From Candidatus Saccharimonadota bacterium (GTDB lineage Bacteria > Patescibacteriota > Saccharimonadia > Saccharimonadales > SLHW01): a stretch of 64,000 bases of DNA. Position 1 is the stretch's first letter. Every line of letters starts with the position of its first letter. This document shows, in pieces, positions 1 through 10,441 of this stretch. The stretch covers positions 354,446 to 418,445 of the forward strand of contig JAGXIU010000003.1 of assembly GCA_024635455.1 (NCBI GenBank), given 5' to 3'. A program made the translations under genes and the position numbers. The notes under the pieces were generated by a model that was not told the origin of the DNA, made no database searches, and worked only from the letters and a program-made list of their open reading frames with translations.

Positions 1-92
1 AGTTGATCTTTTAATGATGATTTAAAATGTTGGTCAATATCGTGGGCTGAGTCGCGTAATTTCTCTCGAATATCTCGGGGTACTTTGTTCAT
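1..92 (-). CDS. 5' part of a gene translationally coupled to the ECF sigma factor (candidate anti-sigma); runs off the window
   Basis: ATG at 92 overlaps the sigma stop (ATGA); open frame MNKVPRDIREKLRDSAHDIDQHFKSSLKDQ to the window edge. Confidence 0.55.
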   Translation of the reverse strand, partial: MNKVPRDIREKLRDSAHDIDQHFKSSLKDQ

Positions 93-595
93 GATGTTAC
101 CTCTAAATACGGGTTTTTCAATAACTCACGTAGCCGTCTCAAACCTCTATGATGAGTGGTTTTTACGTAGTTTTTATCACGCCCAAGCTGGCTTGCTACT
201 TCTTTAACTGACATATTGTTTATGAGTCTCATTGTTATGACTTGCCTCTGCTTTTCAGGTAACTTATTAACGTACTCCGCTAATCTTTCTTGTACTCCAT
301 TTGATTTTTCGTATGATGCGACAATGGTGTCAGTGTAGCTACTGAAGTCTTCTATGTTTTCTAATTCAGTAATAGCTGAGCTGTATTTATCTCGTAAAAA
401 TGTTATCCATTTCACTCTCATGATTCCATATAGGTACGTTTTGTGATTTTCTACTTCTACTGATTGCACCTTTTCCATGAACGAGACGAACGTTTGTGAC
501 GTAAGATCTTCTGCTGTCATTTTGTCTAAGCTCTTTATATAAAAGAACTTGTAGACTTTGTCAGCGTATTCGTCATAAAACGATTCTAGGTTCAT
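89..595 (-). CDS. ECF-type RNA polymerase sigma-70 factor
   Basis: Region 2 (FYDEYADKVYKF..AEDLTSQTF) and region 4 (LPEKQRQVITMR..SVKEVASQLG..VKTTHHRGLRRL); start moved to ATG 595, 6 nt after TATAAT. Confidence 0.9.
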   Translation of the reverse strand: MNLESFYDEYADKVYKFFYIKSLDKMTAEDLTSQTFVSFMEKVQSVEVENHKTYLYGIMRVKWITFLRDKYSSAITELENIEDFSSYTDTIVASYEKSNGVQERLAEYVNKLPEKQRQVITMRLINNMSVKEVASQLGRDKNYVKTTHHRGLRRLRELLKNPYLEVTS

Positions 596-796
596 GTTTG
601 GATTATACCCCCCCTTTCTACTATCCAAGTATAAAACGGTGTACATAATATGTATATAAACCATAAATAATTATGTGGATTTGTGGCCTTATTATGTATT
701 TACACGGTTATCATGAGGCCTAGTGGTGTAAATCTAGCCACTAACCAGCTTAATCAACGAAAATATACGCCAAAACGCTGGACACTATAGAACAAC

Positions 797-2395
797 TCAG
801 GTTCTTGCTATATCTCTATTACGGTAGCCGACATAACCTGCTGTGATCAGACATAAAGAAATACTAAGCAGGACGACAGTGCCGAGTAGGCTTGTGTTCG
901 AAGCGCTTGCGTCTGCAACATGCCAAAAAGGTGAAACAGCCAGAATCTTATCATCCATCTGGAGGATTGGGCCGAGTATTGTGAGTCCGAAGCTCACAGC
1001 TATGCCTACCCAGGCGATGCCACGTAAACTTGGGCGCATTCCTGCCGATGCAATACCAATACCCACAAGCACAAGCATCGCAGGTATGGTTAGAAGGGCC
1101 TGTAGAATAACCTCGACAGACTCTATGTTTGTATTGTTAATGTGAGTAATGGCTGCTATCAATACCCCAACAATTGTCAGGGACGAAAATGTCCCCGCCA
1201 ATGCAATGATTACGTGAGATGAAAATAGTCTTCTCCGTGTTACGGCACCAGAAAGTAGTGGCTCTATGCGATGCGAGTTCTCTTCGTTTAATAGCCTGAA
1301 GATGACCTGCGTTCCATACGCTGCCACAATGATCCCGATAATAGTTAGTAATGTTTTAGCGAATTCGAAAGCGAAGTTAATATTAGATGCACCCTCTGCA
1401 CCGATGAATTTTGAGAGACCTTCATTTGCACCAAACGTATCGCCAACTGACGTCAAGAGATAGCCAAATGTCGCTCCAATGAAAACAAATGCTAATGTCC
1501 AACCAATTATCGTTGATCGTTGTAGCCGAAAAGCGAGACCCTGAATGGTACCGTCTCTTCCGGCGCGCGCATGACCGGGTGTATCAGCGATGAGCCCCTG
1601 ACCAAAATCCCGCCTTGATCTCATTAAATAAGCGACAGTCATGATGATTAGCCCGATAATAAGTAGTACGAACAAGGGCGCATAGGTGTTCGTAGTGGAA
1701 ACTTCCGTTTTTTGCGCCCAGCCAAGAGGTGACAGTACTGCCATCCAGCTTGCGCCATCAACTGTATCGGCTACACCTCGCAAGAGATACGTGAAACCCA
1801 AGAACGTTACTGCAAAACTAGTTGCAGCTCTGCTATGTGATGCAAGTTGAGAGCACAGGGCGGCGACGGTTGCAAAAACCATTCCAGAAGTTGCTAGTGT
1901 CGCACCGAGAGCTACGCTTGAGTCAACACCTGCACCAGTGGCGATAAGAGATGCAGCGACCGTTACTCCAGCAATAATTGAAGCGCTAAATGCAGCTGCG
2001 ATAGCAACTGTAATGATGGCGTATCTACCGACAACGCTTGATGCTATCAGCTCTTCTTCGCCTGAATCTTCTTTTGCCCTACTCTGCTTGGTTACAATCA
2101 AAATCGACATCATGCTCACTAAAAAACTGCCCAGGACAACCGTCCTCCAAGCTGTAAAGCCCTCGGCGGTAAGTAGATTATCAGCATTTCCAAACACCAG
2201 ACTAAAGGCTGGATTAGCTTGCACCGCCATTGCTAAATTACGTTGATCTTCTGGCGTGGGAAATATATTTGCATAGGCGACCTGAGACGAAACCGCCAGC
2301 AGGACAACTCCTATTATCCATGGAAGAGCTGCTTTAAAGCTTAAGCGTAGCGCAACCTTGTATAAGACCAGTGTGCCTTCGAACTTATTCTTCAT
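797..2395 (-). CDS. ABC-2 type exporter permease (polyketide-antibiotic-exporter-like, two-repeat membrane protein)
   Basis: About 12 TM segments, duplicated EDSGEEELI/EENSHRIEPLL motifs, SPLGW and RRDFGQGL motifs; adjacent ATPase. Confidence 0.85.
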   Translation of the reverse strand: MKNKFEGTLVLYKVALRLSFKAALPWIIGVVLLAVSSQVAYANIFPTPEDQRNLAMAVQANPAFSLVFGNADNLLTAEGFTAWRTVVLGSFLVSMMSILIVTKQSRAKEDSGEEELIASSVVGRYAIITVAIAAAFSASIIAGVTVAASLIATGAGVDSSVALGATLATSGMVFATVAALCSQLASHSRAATSFAVTFLGFTYLLRGVADTVDGASWMAVLSPLGWAQKTEVSTTNTYAPLFVLLIIGLIIMTVAYLMRSRRDFGQGLIADTPGHARAGRDGTIQGLAFRLQRSTIIGWTLAFVFIGATFGYLLTSVGDTFGANEGLSKFIGAEGASNINFAFEFAKTLLTIIGIIVAAYGTQVIFRLLNEENSHRIEPLLSGAVTRRRLFSSHVIIALAGTFSSLTIVGVLIAAITHINNTNIESVEVILQALLTIPAMLVLVGIGIASAGMRPSLRGIAWVGIAVSFGLTILGPILQMDDKILAVSPFWHVADASASNTSLLGTVVLLSISLCLITAGYVGYRNRDIART

Positions 2396-2397
2396 AG

Positions 2398-3297
2398 CTA
2401 TTGCTCAATCGGGTTCTCGTATTTCTTCTTGAATAGTTCTTCGAGGGAAGGTGGCTCTGTCACTAAACTCTTGATGCCATTGTTAGCGAGGATTTTCATG
2501 AAATTCTCTAATTCATTTGTTTCAATGCTGCAACTTAAATGATTGCCGTCGATCACGAGATTCTTCACGCCTGCCGCTTGCTTGATATCTGGTGGAATGG
2601 CTCTAAGTTCTGCGCTGACCTTGCTGTATGATTGTTGACGCATGTCGGAAAGCGAGCCTGTCTCGATTATTGTTCCGTCTCTGATGATACTGATGTGGTC
2701 AGCCAAAGCCTCTACCTCGCTCATGATATGGCTCGATAATAAGACTGTTTTGCCAGCCTTCTTTTCTTTCAGTATTTCTTGCTGGAATACCGCCTCCATT
2801 AGCGGGTCAAGCCCAGATGTTGGCTCGTCGAGTATGTACAGATCTACATTGGAGCAAAGGGCGGCGATTATAGCCACTTTTTGCCTGTTGCCCTTTGAAT
2901 AGGTGCGACTTTTCTTAGTCGGATCAAGCTCAAAGCTTTTGATTAGTTGTTCCCTACGCTCTTCGTCAAAGTTGCCTCGTAGTTTTGCGAGAATATCGAT
3001 TGCCTCACCACCCGTAAGATCTGGCCATAGACTTACATCTCCTGGTACATATGCTAAATTTTTGTGTAGTTGAGCAACTTGTTTCCACGGATTTCCGCCG
3101 AGTAGATTTATGGCTCCAGAGTCTGCCTTAAGTAACCCGAGCAGAACTCTGATTGTTGTAGATTTACCTGAGCCATTCGGACCGAGGAATCCGTGCACCT
3201 CGCCTTTTTTCACTGACAGTGAAAGGTTTGATAATGCTTTAAATTTACCGAATGATTTGTTGAGATTTTGTATTTCAATTACGTTTTCAGTCATCAT
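2398..3297 (-). CDS. ABC transporter ATP-binding protein
   Basis: Walker A GPNGSGKST, signature YSKGNRQK, Walker B ILDEPTSGLD, SSH loop. Confidence 0.95.
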   Translation of the reverse strand: MMTENVIEIQNLNKSFGKFKALSNLSLSVKKGEVHGFLGPNGSGKSTTIRVLLGLLKADSGAINLLGGNPWKQVAQLHKNLAYVPGDVSLWPDLTGGEAIDILAKLRGNFDEERREQLIKSFELDPTKKSRTYSKGNRQKVAIIAALCSNVDLYILDEPTSGLDPLMEAVFQQEILKEKKAGKTVLLSSHIMSEVEALADHISIIRDGTIIETGSLSDMRQQSYSKVSAELRAIPPDIKQAAGVKNLVIDGNHLSCSIETNELENFMKILANNGIKSLVTEPPSLEELFKKKYENPIEQ

Positions 3298-3463
3298 TGT
3301 TTATCCATAAGAACAATTTTACTACTAAATAGCGGCATCGTGAAACACTCCAATAGCTTCGAGATAGTTTCCTCAAGCAAGCTAAGCGAATTATATAGCT
3401 CCAAAAAACGACAATCCGTGCATATAATCACAAAGGTAATTATACATTTGTTAAGCTAGTAAG

Positions 3464-4000
3464 ATGACTATATACCTCGCTCGCCATACCCAATCAGAAT
3501 ATAACGTAAGGGGTCTACTCAATAGTGACCCGAATATCCTTGTTCACTTAACAGAAGAAGGTATCCGTCAGGCGGAAAAACTCGCAGAATCATTACGCGA
3601 TAAGCCATTCGAGGTCATCTATACTTCTGAGTTACCTCGTACTCAACAGACTGCAGAAGTAATAAATAAGCACCTGAATAAACCTGTCATAGTTGAGCCA
3701 CTTATCAATGAAAACAAAATGGGATTTGAGGGTATGTCATTAGACGATTGGTTTGGCGCGTTAAAGGCGAGCGATGATGGCTGGCACAAACGATATAATG
3801 GCGGAGAAAGCATGGCTGATGCACTTGAGCGTACAAAACTATTTGTAAAAAAACTGAAAGACTCTGGGCACACATCAGTCTTGGTAGTTACCCACGGCTT
3901 CCACGTCGAGGCGCTTGTAGGATTATCGCAACATAAAGATGGTCCAGATGTAATGGGCCAGCTCGTCCCACAAGGGTCTTACGCCACACTGACGTTTTAA
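3464..4000 (+). CDS. Histidine phosphatase (phosphoglycerate mutase family)
   Basis: IYLARHTQS (RHG-like), LTEEG..QA, SELPRTQQTA, GGES, VVTHG. Confidence 0.9.
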   Translation: MTIYLARHTQSEYNVRGLLNSDPNILVHLTEEGIRQAEKLAESLRDKPFEVIYTSELPRTQQTAEVINKHLNKPVIVEPLINENKMGFEGMSLDDWFGALKASDDGWHKRYNGGESMADALERTKLFVKKLKDSGHTSVLVVTHGFHVEALVGLSQHKDGPDVMGQLVPQGSYATLTF

Positions 4001-4127
4001 GGCGTAGCTTATAGCTTAGCTTCTGACGCTAGCAGACCACTTGGCTCACCATTCCGCCCTTACACTCCTCACCCGGATAATAAATGTCACTACCCAATAT
4101 CTTACGAACTCATGTAGAATAGTCATT

Positions 4128-4847
4128 ATGCCAAAAACTAAAAACGCTTTTTATTGCTTTTCGCCTGCGGTCATGATGGGTACGTTCTTGATAGAAATTG
4201 CCCTGTTTGCCTATGTCCTGCTACGTTATAAATTCACGCGCAATATACGCCTCATCGCGAGTCTTTTGCTCTTCCTTGGCCTGTTTCAGCTAGCTGAATA
4301 TGGCGTCTGTGCCGGATTATTTACATTAAGTGGAGAAGCATGGTCACGTATTGGGTTTGTGTCTATCTCAATGTTACCAGTGCTCGGGCTACACCTCAGC
4401 TTATCGATTGCAAATAGGCCGAAGCACTGGCTGATCGGCCCTGCTTACATATCGTTATTGATGTTTATCGGTTGGTTTATGTTGGCGCCTGATGCATTTA
4501 GTGGATATGCCTGCCAGGGGAATTACGTCATATTTCAATTGAACGCTACCGCAGGAATTATCTACTCGCTTTACTACTACATATGGCTGCTTGTTGGCCT
4601 CGGTGTATCATTATTCTACGCTGGATTATTGTGTGGAAAAAGGAAGCCGCAAGACGCAAAAGCACTCACCCTCCAGGTCGTCGGTTACCTGAGTTTCATG
4701 ATACCAACCGCTATGATAACTACCGTTTTCCCAGATGCTGTGCCTGGTGTACCAAGTATTATGTGTGGTTTCGCGCTCATTTATGCGCTGATACTTGCTT
4801 TTGGCATATCGCCAAAAGTTGGCACGAAGAAACCTCAAAAGAATTAG
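4128..4847 (+). CDS. 7-TM membrane protein of unknown function
   Basis: Multiple hydrophobic helices, FQLAEY motif; start placed at ATG 4128 after TAGAAT. Confidence 0.7.
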   Translation: MPKTKNAFYCFSPAVMMGTFLIEIALFAYVLLRYKFTRNIRLIASLLLFLGLFQLAEYGVCAGLFTLSGEAWSRIGFVSISMLPVLGLHLSLSIANRPKHWLIGPAYISLLMFIGWFMLAPDAFSGYACQGNYVIFQLNATAGIIYSLYYYIWLLVGLGVSLFYAGLLCGKRKPQDAKALTLQVVGYLSFMIPTAMITTVFPDAVPGVPSIMCGFALIYALILAFGISPKVGTKKPQKN

Positions 4848-4862
4848 CAGTATATTACTGAG

Positions 4863-5288
4863 CTAGTCTGAGGTTATTGAGCTATTATTTGTCTCTTTGT
4901 CTTCTGGGTGCAATATATCTTTGACGATATTATCAATCTGATCGTTCTGTAAGTTAGCCTTAACGGCGTATCCTTCTATACCAAGGTCACGTAATCCAGC
5001 TGGGGCGTCAGCTTCGTTTAGATTAGAAATAACAAAGACTGGAATATTTTCTCCCCAGCTACTTTTCCGCATGGTAGCAAGGACTTGATCACCAGAGATA
5101 TCCGGAATCATTAAGTCGAGCAATACAAGATCCGGTAGTTCTTTTTGAATAAAATACAGTGCAATGATGCCGTTGTAAGCCACGTAGCAGGTATAGCCAA
5201 GTAGTTCGAGTCGAGTTTTGTAAATTTCAGCTAGACTAGCGTTGTCTTCAACGATGATTATCTTTTTCGAGCTAGCTGTATCTTCCAT
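4863..5288 (-). CDS. Stand-alone response regulator receiver
   Basis: IIVEDN, PDLVLLDLMIP, ISN, YAVK receiver motifs; no output domain. Confidence 0.9.
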   Translation of the reverse strand: MEDTASSKKIIIVEDNASLAEIYKTRLELLGYTCYVAYNGIIALYFIQKELPDLVLLDLMIPDISGDQVLATMRKSSWGENIPVFVISNLNEADAPAGLRDLGIEGYAVKANLQNDQIDNIVKDILHPEDKETNNSSITSD

Positions 5289-5372
5289 TAAGCATAATAA
5301 TAAACTATTATCCCAGATTATACCAATTGGGCGATAATCACGGCCGCTAAGAAAGTTTGCTACACTACGCAA

Positions 5373-6155
5373 GTGATAATTCTGCTCTCTTCGTCAAAGA
5401 CTATGCGTACGCCAAGTGTACCTACTCACGACGGTGTTACGAACCCGCTACTTATTAAACAGGCGAATGAGCTCATAGGACAGCTAAAAGCACTCTCAGA
5501 AACAGATATTAAAAATATCATGAAAGTATCTGATACGTTAGCTCACCAAACGCATGAGCTCATTAGCCGCTGGAGTGATAGCCCAAAAGATACTATTCCA
5601 GCAGCAGATAGTTTCTTGGGTGATATTTATAGTGGGCTACGTTACCGAGGGTTATCTAATAAAGCAAAGAAACGAGCAGACGAGCGTTTACGTATTTTGT
5701 CTGGATTGTACGGCGTACTGCGACCACAGGACGGAATATACCCATACCGGTTAGAAATGGGTTATCGATTACCGACTACGAGTTATAGAAACCTATATAA
5801 ATTCTGGGGCAGCACGATAGCTAAAACGCTTCCGACAGATCAGGTAGTAGTAAATCTTGCTCCACAAGAATACAGCAAAGCAGTACTACCACACCTAAGT
5901 AAAAATATCGATGTTGTATCACCGAAATTTTTAACACATAATCAGAAAACCAATAAACCAACATTTGTGGCAATCCATACGAAAATTGCTCGAGGTGCTT
6001 TTGCGCGATGGCTTCTTGAGTTAGACGTACAACAAACACAAAAACTCGAGCAATTTGATCAATTAGGCTACATTTATAGCCCCAGTTTAAGCAATAAAAA
6101 TCAACCAGTATTTACCTGTCAAAACTTTCAAGGCCTCGGCCTCAGCATCAAGTAG
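5373..6155 (+). CDS. yaaA: Peroxide stress protein YaaA (DUF328)
   Basis: IILLSSSKTM, RILSGLYGVLRPQD.I.PYRLEMG, VVNLA..EY, KIARGAFARW. Confidence 0.9.
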   Translation: MIILLSSSKTMRTPSVPTHDGVTNPLLIKQANELIGQLKALSETDIKNIMKVSDTLAHQTHELISRWSDSPKDTIPAADSFLGDIYSGLRYRGLSNKAKKRADERLRILSGLYGVLRPQDGIYPYRLEMGYRLPTTSYRNLYKFWGSTIAKTLPTDQVVVNLAPQEYSKAVLPHLSKNIDVVSPKFLTHNQKTNKPTFVAIHTKIARGAFARWLLELDVQQTQKLEQFDQLGYIYSPSLSNKNQPVFTCQNFQGLGLSIK

Positions 6156-6163
6156 GAGCTTAT

Positions 6164-6580
6164 CTATTCGAGTGCGACGCCTTCGTCTTGACCAGGAGGG
6201 GTCAGGATTTTATCGACCAGGTTGTCGATATCGTCATTGCTCAAGTTCGCCTTTACGGCGTAGCCTTCGATGCCGTAATCGCGCAGGCCAGCTGGTGCAT
6301 CAGCTTCATTAAGATTGGAGATAACAAATACACGAATGTCTTTACCCCATTCACTCGCACGCATCCGCTCCAGTATTTGGTCACCTGCAACTTTTGGCAT
6401 CATCATATCAAGAAGCACTAGGTCAGGTTTTTCGCGTTCTATAACCGCGAGCGCCTCTTCCCCGTCATAGGCGTTAAAGCATTTATATCCGACGATCTCT
6501 AACCGAGTTTTATAAATCTCCGCTAAGCTAGCATTGTCTTCTGCTATTACGATTTTTTGTTGAACTGTCTCATAATCCAT
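6164..6580 (-). CDS. Stand-alone response regulator receiver (paralog of 4863-5288)
   Basis: IAEDN, PDLVLLDMMMP, ISNLNEADAPAGLRD shared with the neighbouring paralog. Confidence 0.9.
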   Translation of the reverse strand: MDYETVQQKIVIAEDNASLAEIYKTRLEIVGYKCFNAYDGEEALAVIEREKPDLVLLDMMMPKVAGDQILERMRASEWGKDIRVFVISNLNEADAPAGLRDYGIEGYAVKANLSNDDIDNLVDKILTPPGQDEGVALE

Positions 6581-6765
6581 ATAAAATAATATAACGCAAA
6601 CGCGTTCGAAATACCATAATGAACTCCCGCGTCCGAGGTATTGGCACCTGATTAGCTAAGCTTCATGCTCGATTGACGAACGGCACCATAACGGGACGGA
6701 AAGCTGTAGTACCTAGACCTAGTGTGTTTTAATGGTAGAAGAAAGCATAACCAACACATATAAAC

Positions 6766-7971
6766 ATGCAAGAATTTTTTCCAATTTTTATTATCATGCT
6801 CGTCGCAGTTGTCTTCTCGCAACTTTTTATGCGTATGAAGGTCCCCTGGGTGGTCGCCCTTATATTTGGTGGTATCATCGTTGGCCCAAACGGAATCGAC
6901 TGGTTCCATACTGACAATACCATCAATTTTTTTGCAGAGATCGGACTGGTCATGTTGATGTTTATGGCCGGCGTCGAGTCAAAATTATCCGATATGCAAG
7001 GATTGAAGAAACGTATCGCTATTGTAGCCCTACTAATTGGGGTCATCCCAACTATGGTCGGCATAGCAGTCACCACGGCACTTGGCTATGACTGGACAAC
7101 CTCTTTATTGATGGGGATTGTCTTTATGTCCTCGGCAATTGCCCTGCTGATTCCATCATTTGAGCAACACAACATTATTAATTCTGATATCGGGAAAGTG
7201 GTGATTGCTGCCGCCATTATCATAGATGCAATCAGCTTGATTCTATTGTCAGTATTCTTACAGTTCGTAAACGGGACACCGACAGTTGGTAGCATCCTCA
7301 TATACCCTGCAGCCTTGGCATTGCTCGGAGTATTTGCATGGATTATTCCGAAAATCCGTTGGATTGCTTTGTCCGACATTAAAAAAACTGGTGACATATT
7401 TGAGAAAGAGCTACGCTTCACGCTACTTACCTTGATTAGCCTGGTAGTATTCTTTGAGTTTGTTGGATTACACGCAATCATTGCTGGCTTTTTTGCTGGT
7501 ATGATTTTATCCAAGTCGATGGAAAGCACGCTTCTGCATGCAAAGCTCCACGCAATTAGTTATGGCTTCTTTATACCGGTGTTTTTTGTTGTCGTTGGCT
7601 CTAATACGGACTTGTCTGTCTTTACTGAAGGGCTACGGCCGCTACTCGTTACGTTTGCCATTGTCTCAAGTTTTGTGATATCTAAGTTTGTTACTGGCTG
7701 GGTGGGTGGCCGTTTGACAGGTTTTGATTCCCGCTCAAGTGCATTTATTGGCGCTTCTGTTATACCTCAGCTATCGACTGCTTTGGTTGTCGCCTTTCTT
7801 GGTTTCGGTGAGGGTCTACTTACTCAAGAATTATTATCTGCCATTATTGGACTAACTATTGTGACGAGTATACTTAGTCCAATTTTGGTAAATATTATCG
7901 GGCGCAAAATTGTTACACAAAAACCAAAGCCATCTATACCTGTCGAAGAGCCCTCAACTGCAGCAAACTAA
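6766..7971 (+). CDS. Cation:proton antiporter (CPA2/Kef family)
   Basis: GIIVGP, AEIGLVMLMFMAGVE, IIAGFFAG, FFIPVFFVVVG; about 12 TM. Confidence 0.9.
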   Translation: MQEFFPIFIIMLVAVVFSQLFMRMKVPWVVALIFGGIIVGPNGIDWFHTDNTINFFAEIGLVMLMFMAGVESKLSDMQGLKKRIAIVALLIGVIPTMVGIAVTTALGYDWTTSLLMGIVFMSSAIALLIPSFEQHNIINSDIGKVVIAAAIIIDAISLILLSVFLQFVNGTPTVGSILIYPAALALLGVFAWIIPKIRWIALSDIKKTGDIFEKELRFTLLTLISLVVFFEFVGLHAIIAGFFAGMILSKSMESTLLHAKLHAISYGFFIPVFFVVVGSNTDLSVFTEGLRPLLVTFAIVSSFVISKFVTGWVGGRLTGFDSRSSAFIGASVIPQLSTALVVAFLGFGEGLLTQELLSAIIGLTIVTSILSPILVNIIGRKIVTQKPKPSIPVEEPSTAAN

Positions 7972-7975
7972 GAAT

Positions 7976-8458
7976 CTAGGACTTCTGCGGGTTAAACCGG
8001 CGATAGCCTAAATACAGCGCAATCACGACAGCGACTGTTAATGTCACAAAACTGTAGGTCGGATCTTCGGCTGCAAAGCTTCTACCGATGCTATATATCA
8101 ACAAAAACAAGCCGCCTAATAAAATACCGTCGGACAATACTTTTATATGCAGGCCAACTGTTAGGCTAAAAACAAGAAAGCCAACTGCTATCAGTAACGA
8201 GGCAATAGAAACATTGCGGTGATACACTTGCATTTCTGATTGGTACGCATCGTACTCTACTTGATATTCCAATTCTTGCTTTGTGCCCTCGGCTTGATCT
8301 GATTCGTCCAACTGCCGTTCGGGTACAAGTCCTAGTTCAGGATATGCCGGTGATTCTGGTGGTGTATAAAAAGTGCGTATACCAAAACCTACAAACACTG
8401 CAAGTAGGAGGCCAAGGAACAGTGTATACACAATAGTGATTGCTTTATTGTCTTCCAT
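7976..8458 (-). CDS. Hypothetical 4-TM membrane protein
   Basis: ORF with four hydrophobic segments and one soluble loop. Confidence 0.7.
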   Translation of the reverse strand: MEDNKAITIVYTLFLGLLLAVFVGFGIRTFYTPPESPAYPELGLVPERQLDESDQAEGTKQELEYQVEYDAYQSEMQVYHRNVSIASLLIAVGFLVFSLTVGLHIKVLSDGILLGGLFLLIYSIGRSFAAEDPTYSFVTLTVAVVIALYLGYRRFNPQKS

Positions 8459-8535
8459 AGAAACAATTGTAGCGTTTTCTCGCTAGAAATACGAATACAG
8501 CTTTTTTTCTATAATCGATACCAAAAAACCATAAA

Positions 8536-8567
8536 TAAACCCGACACACGGTCGTATGTCGGGTTTA
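8536..8567. repeat. Palindromic repeat TAAACCCGACA-N10-TGTCGGGTTTA (copy 1)
   Basis: Perfect 11-bp inverted arms; same arms at 37696 and 62696. Confidence 0.8.
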
Positions 8568-8592
8568 GCGCCCTGAAAAATATCGTTTTTGT

Positions 8593-8976
8593 TTATTCCT
8601 TAGAATCAGTCTGTTTAATCTGCCACTTCGTATTGCGGCCCGTTTTGTTGGTGCGCTCTACTTTATTCTCGTCTTCAAACTCGTTTAAGTAACGGAGTAT
8701 GGTGCGATTAGATATTTCAAAATGATCAGCAAAATGAGATGACGGTAAGGGGCCTGAACTCTCCAACATATCAATGATCGATAACTTTCTCGTCGCTTTA
8801 ATCTGTTGAAGTTGCTGATTAAAATCTTGGAAGCCCGAGGCAAGTTGCTCCTCTGCATCTATTTCTTTTGCCTGCAGCTCTATTTCATAACGTAGCCAAC
8901 GGATTTCTTTCTGCAGAAAAAACCAAGCTAGACCTGACCCGAACAACACGCCAACTACAAACCACCACTCGTTCAT
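8593..8976 (-). CDS. Membrane-anchored winged-HTH (DeoR-like) protein
   Basis: N-terminal TM, coiled coil, FADHFEISNRTILRYLNEFEDENKV..TGRNTKW. Confidence 0.75.
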   Translation of the reverse strand: MNEWWFVVGVLFGSGLAWFFLQKEIRWLRYEIELQAKEIDAEEQLASGFQDFNQQLQQIKATRKLSIIDMLESSGPLPSSHFADHFEISNRTILRYLNEFEDENKVERTNKTGRNTKWQIKQTDSKE

Positions 8977-9042
8977 AACTTACCCTCCAAGTTCAAAATG
9001 TACTTACTATATGTAGTATAGCAAAGCGAATCCAGCTGGGAG

Positions 9043-9642
9043 TTAACGGTTAACTCCTGCCCAGCGCAAAACTGCGTTAGAGGCACTGCGCACCATCGAA
9101 CGAAATGGATAGCCGCGCGCTTCATCGACCCCATACGGTTGAACAATTATGCTGCGAATACCTGCCATGCCATAAGCAATCGCATCAGTTATACCATCAC
9201 CGACAGCTACGGATTGTTGTGGTAATTTAGCGTGATCGTACATTGCTTGTAATATCATATACGGCCTTGGTTTTATCTCGCTGTATTTCCTTGGCATATA
9301 GAGTGTATCGGGTGGCACGAGCATATTTCTAGCACGAGCTCTCATCAAGCTTTCATTTCGATTATTAGAAATAAGAACAAGGCTTGAGATAAGGCCTCGA
9401 GAAAATTCATCAAATATAGCTTGATTCGCAAGAGGATCTATTTCTGGATCATCATGGCGCGCGATAGTGCCATCACAATCCAGAACTAACATGGCATTCT
9501 TTTTACTTTCTAAGATTGACTCAAATGGAATATCTTCTATAGAGGAGCTAAAACTAACCGAGCGGCCAAAAACGTGTAGGGTCTCAAGGGAAGCTACTGG
9601 CGGTCTACGGGATGATACTAGAGATGATTGTTGGCTTTTCAT
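9043..9642 (-). CDS. HAD-superfamily phosphatase (YqeG-like, IIIA)
   Basis: DCDGT, ISNN, KP, VGDGITD motifs. Confidence 0.8.
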   Translation of the reverse strand: MKSQQSSLVSSRRPPVASLETLHVFGRSVSFSSSIEDIPFESILESKKNAMLVLDCDGTIARHDDPEIDPLANQAIFDEFSRGLISSLVLISNNRNESLMRARARNMLVPPDTLYMPRKYSEIKPRPYMILQAMYDHAKLPQQSVAVGDGITDAIAYGMAGIRSIIVQPYGVDEARGYPFRSMVRSASNAVLRWAGVNR

Positions 9643-9738
9643 GAGGTACTGGCATTATAGTATATCTTCTGGATTAATTACTGAAACGAGCATACATTAA
9701 CGATACTGGACAGAGGCCGTGCGTGCTATGATAGCCGT

Positions 9739-10392
9739 ATGAGTAGAGCAATACTTTGTCGATATACAGCATGGCTATTGTTGTCTGCTGTAATACTAAT
9801 ACCGTTATTTTTGTGGTTAACGATATATCAATGGAGGCCAGTCATTTCACCGCTCGCGGTATTTCCTTTGTTAGGAGTTTGGGCATGGTCAATTATGTGG
9901 ACGCACTACGTATATGGCGCACTTCATATACAATTCCCTCGCACATTTGCGGTGCAGCATACCTACGACAGGCTCTCGGCTTGGCTCGTGTTATTGCTGA
10001 TTATTCTGCACCCGGCGCTACTCGCTTGGGAGCAAAAAAATCAGCTCAGTATCCTCCCACCAGAGAGCTTTTATGCGTATGTTTCGCCGTCGCTTGAACT
10101 ATATATATTATTTGGCTCAGTAGGATTATTACTGTTTTTGTCCTATGAGTTTTTTAACAGATTGCGCACAAAGCCACTTCTCCGTCGGCACTGGTTTTGG
10201 GTAAGCCTATCTCAAGTGGGCGCAATGATACTCATATTCGTACATGGTCTTCGTATAGGTCAAACAGTACTATCTGGTTGGGGTGAAGTCTACTGGTTTG
10301 TTCTAGGAGTTAGCTTACTGCCGGCACTTATTATTGTGGCAACTGCTGACTGGAGGAACCAACAAGAGTATAGGGCAATGCTAGCGAAGTAA
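9739..10392 (+). CDS. Membrane protein, ferric-reductase-like TM domain
   Basis: Six TM segments with His residues (ILHP, FVHG). Confidence 0.55.
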   Translation: MSRAILCRYTAWLLLSAVILIPLFLWLTIYQWRPVISPLAVFPLLGVWAWSIMWTHYVYGALHIQFPRTFAVQHTYDRLSAWLVLLLIILHPALLAWEQKNQLSILPPESFYAYVSPSLELYILFGSVGLLLFLSYEFFNRLRTKPLLRRHWFWVSLSQVGAMILIFVHGLRIGQTVLSGWGEVYWFVLGVSLLPALIIVATADWRNQQEYRAMLAK

Positions 10393-10441
10393 TCGAGTCA
10401 AAAAAAATAAATTTCTTAATGTTTGTTATAATAGGTCAAAT

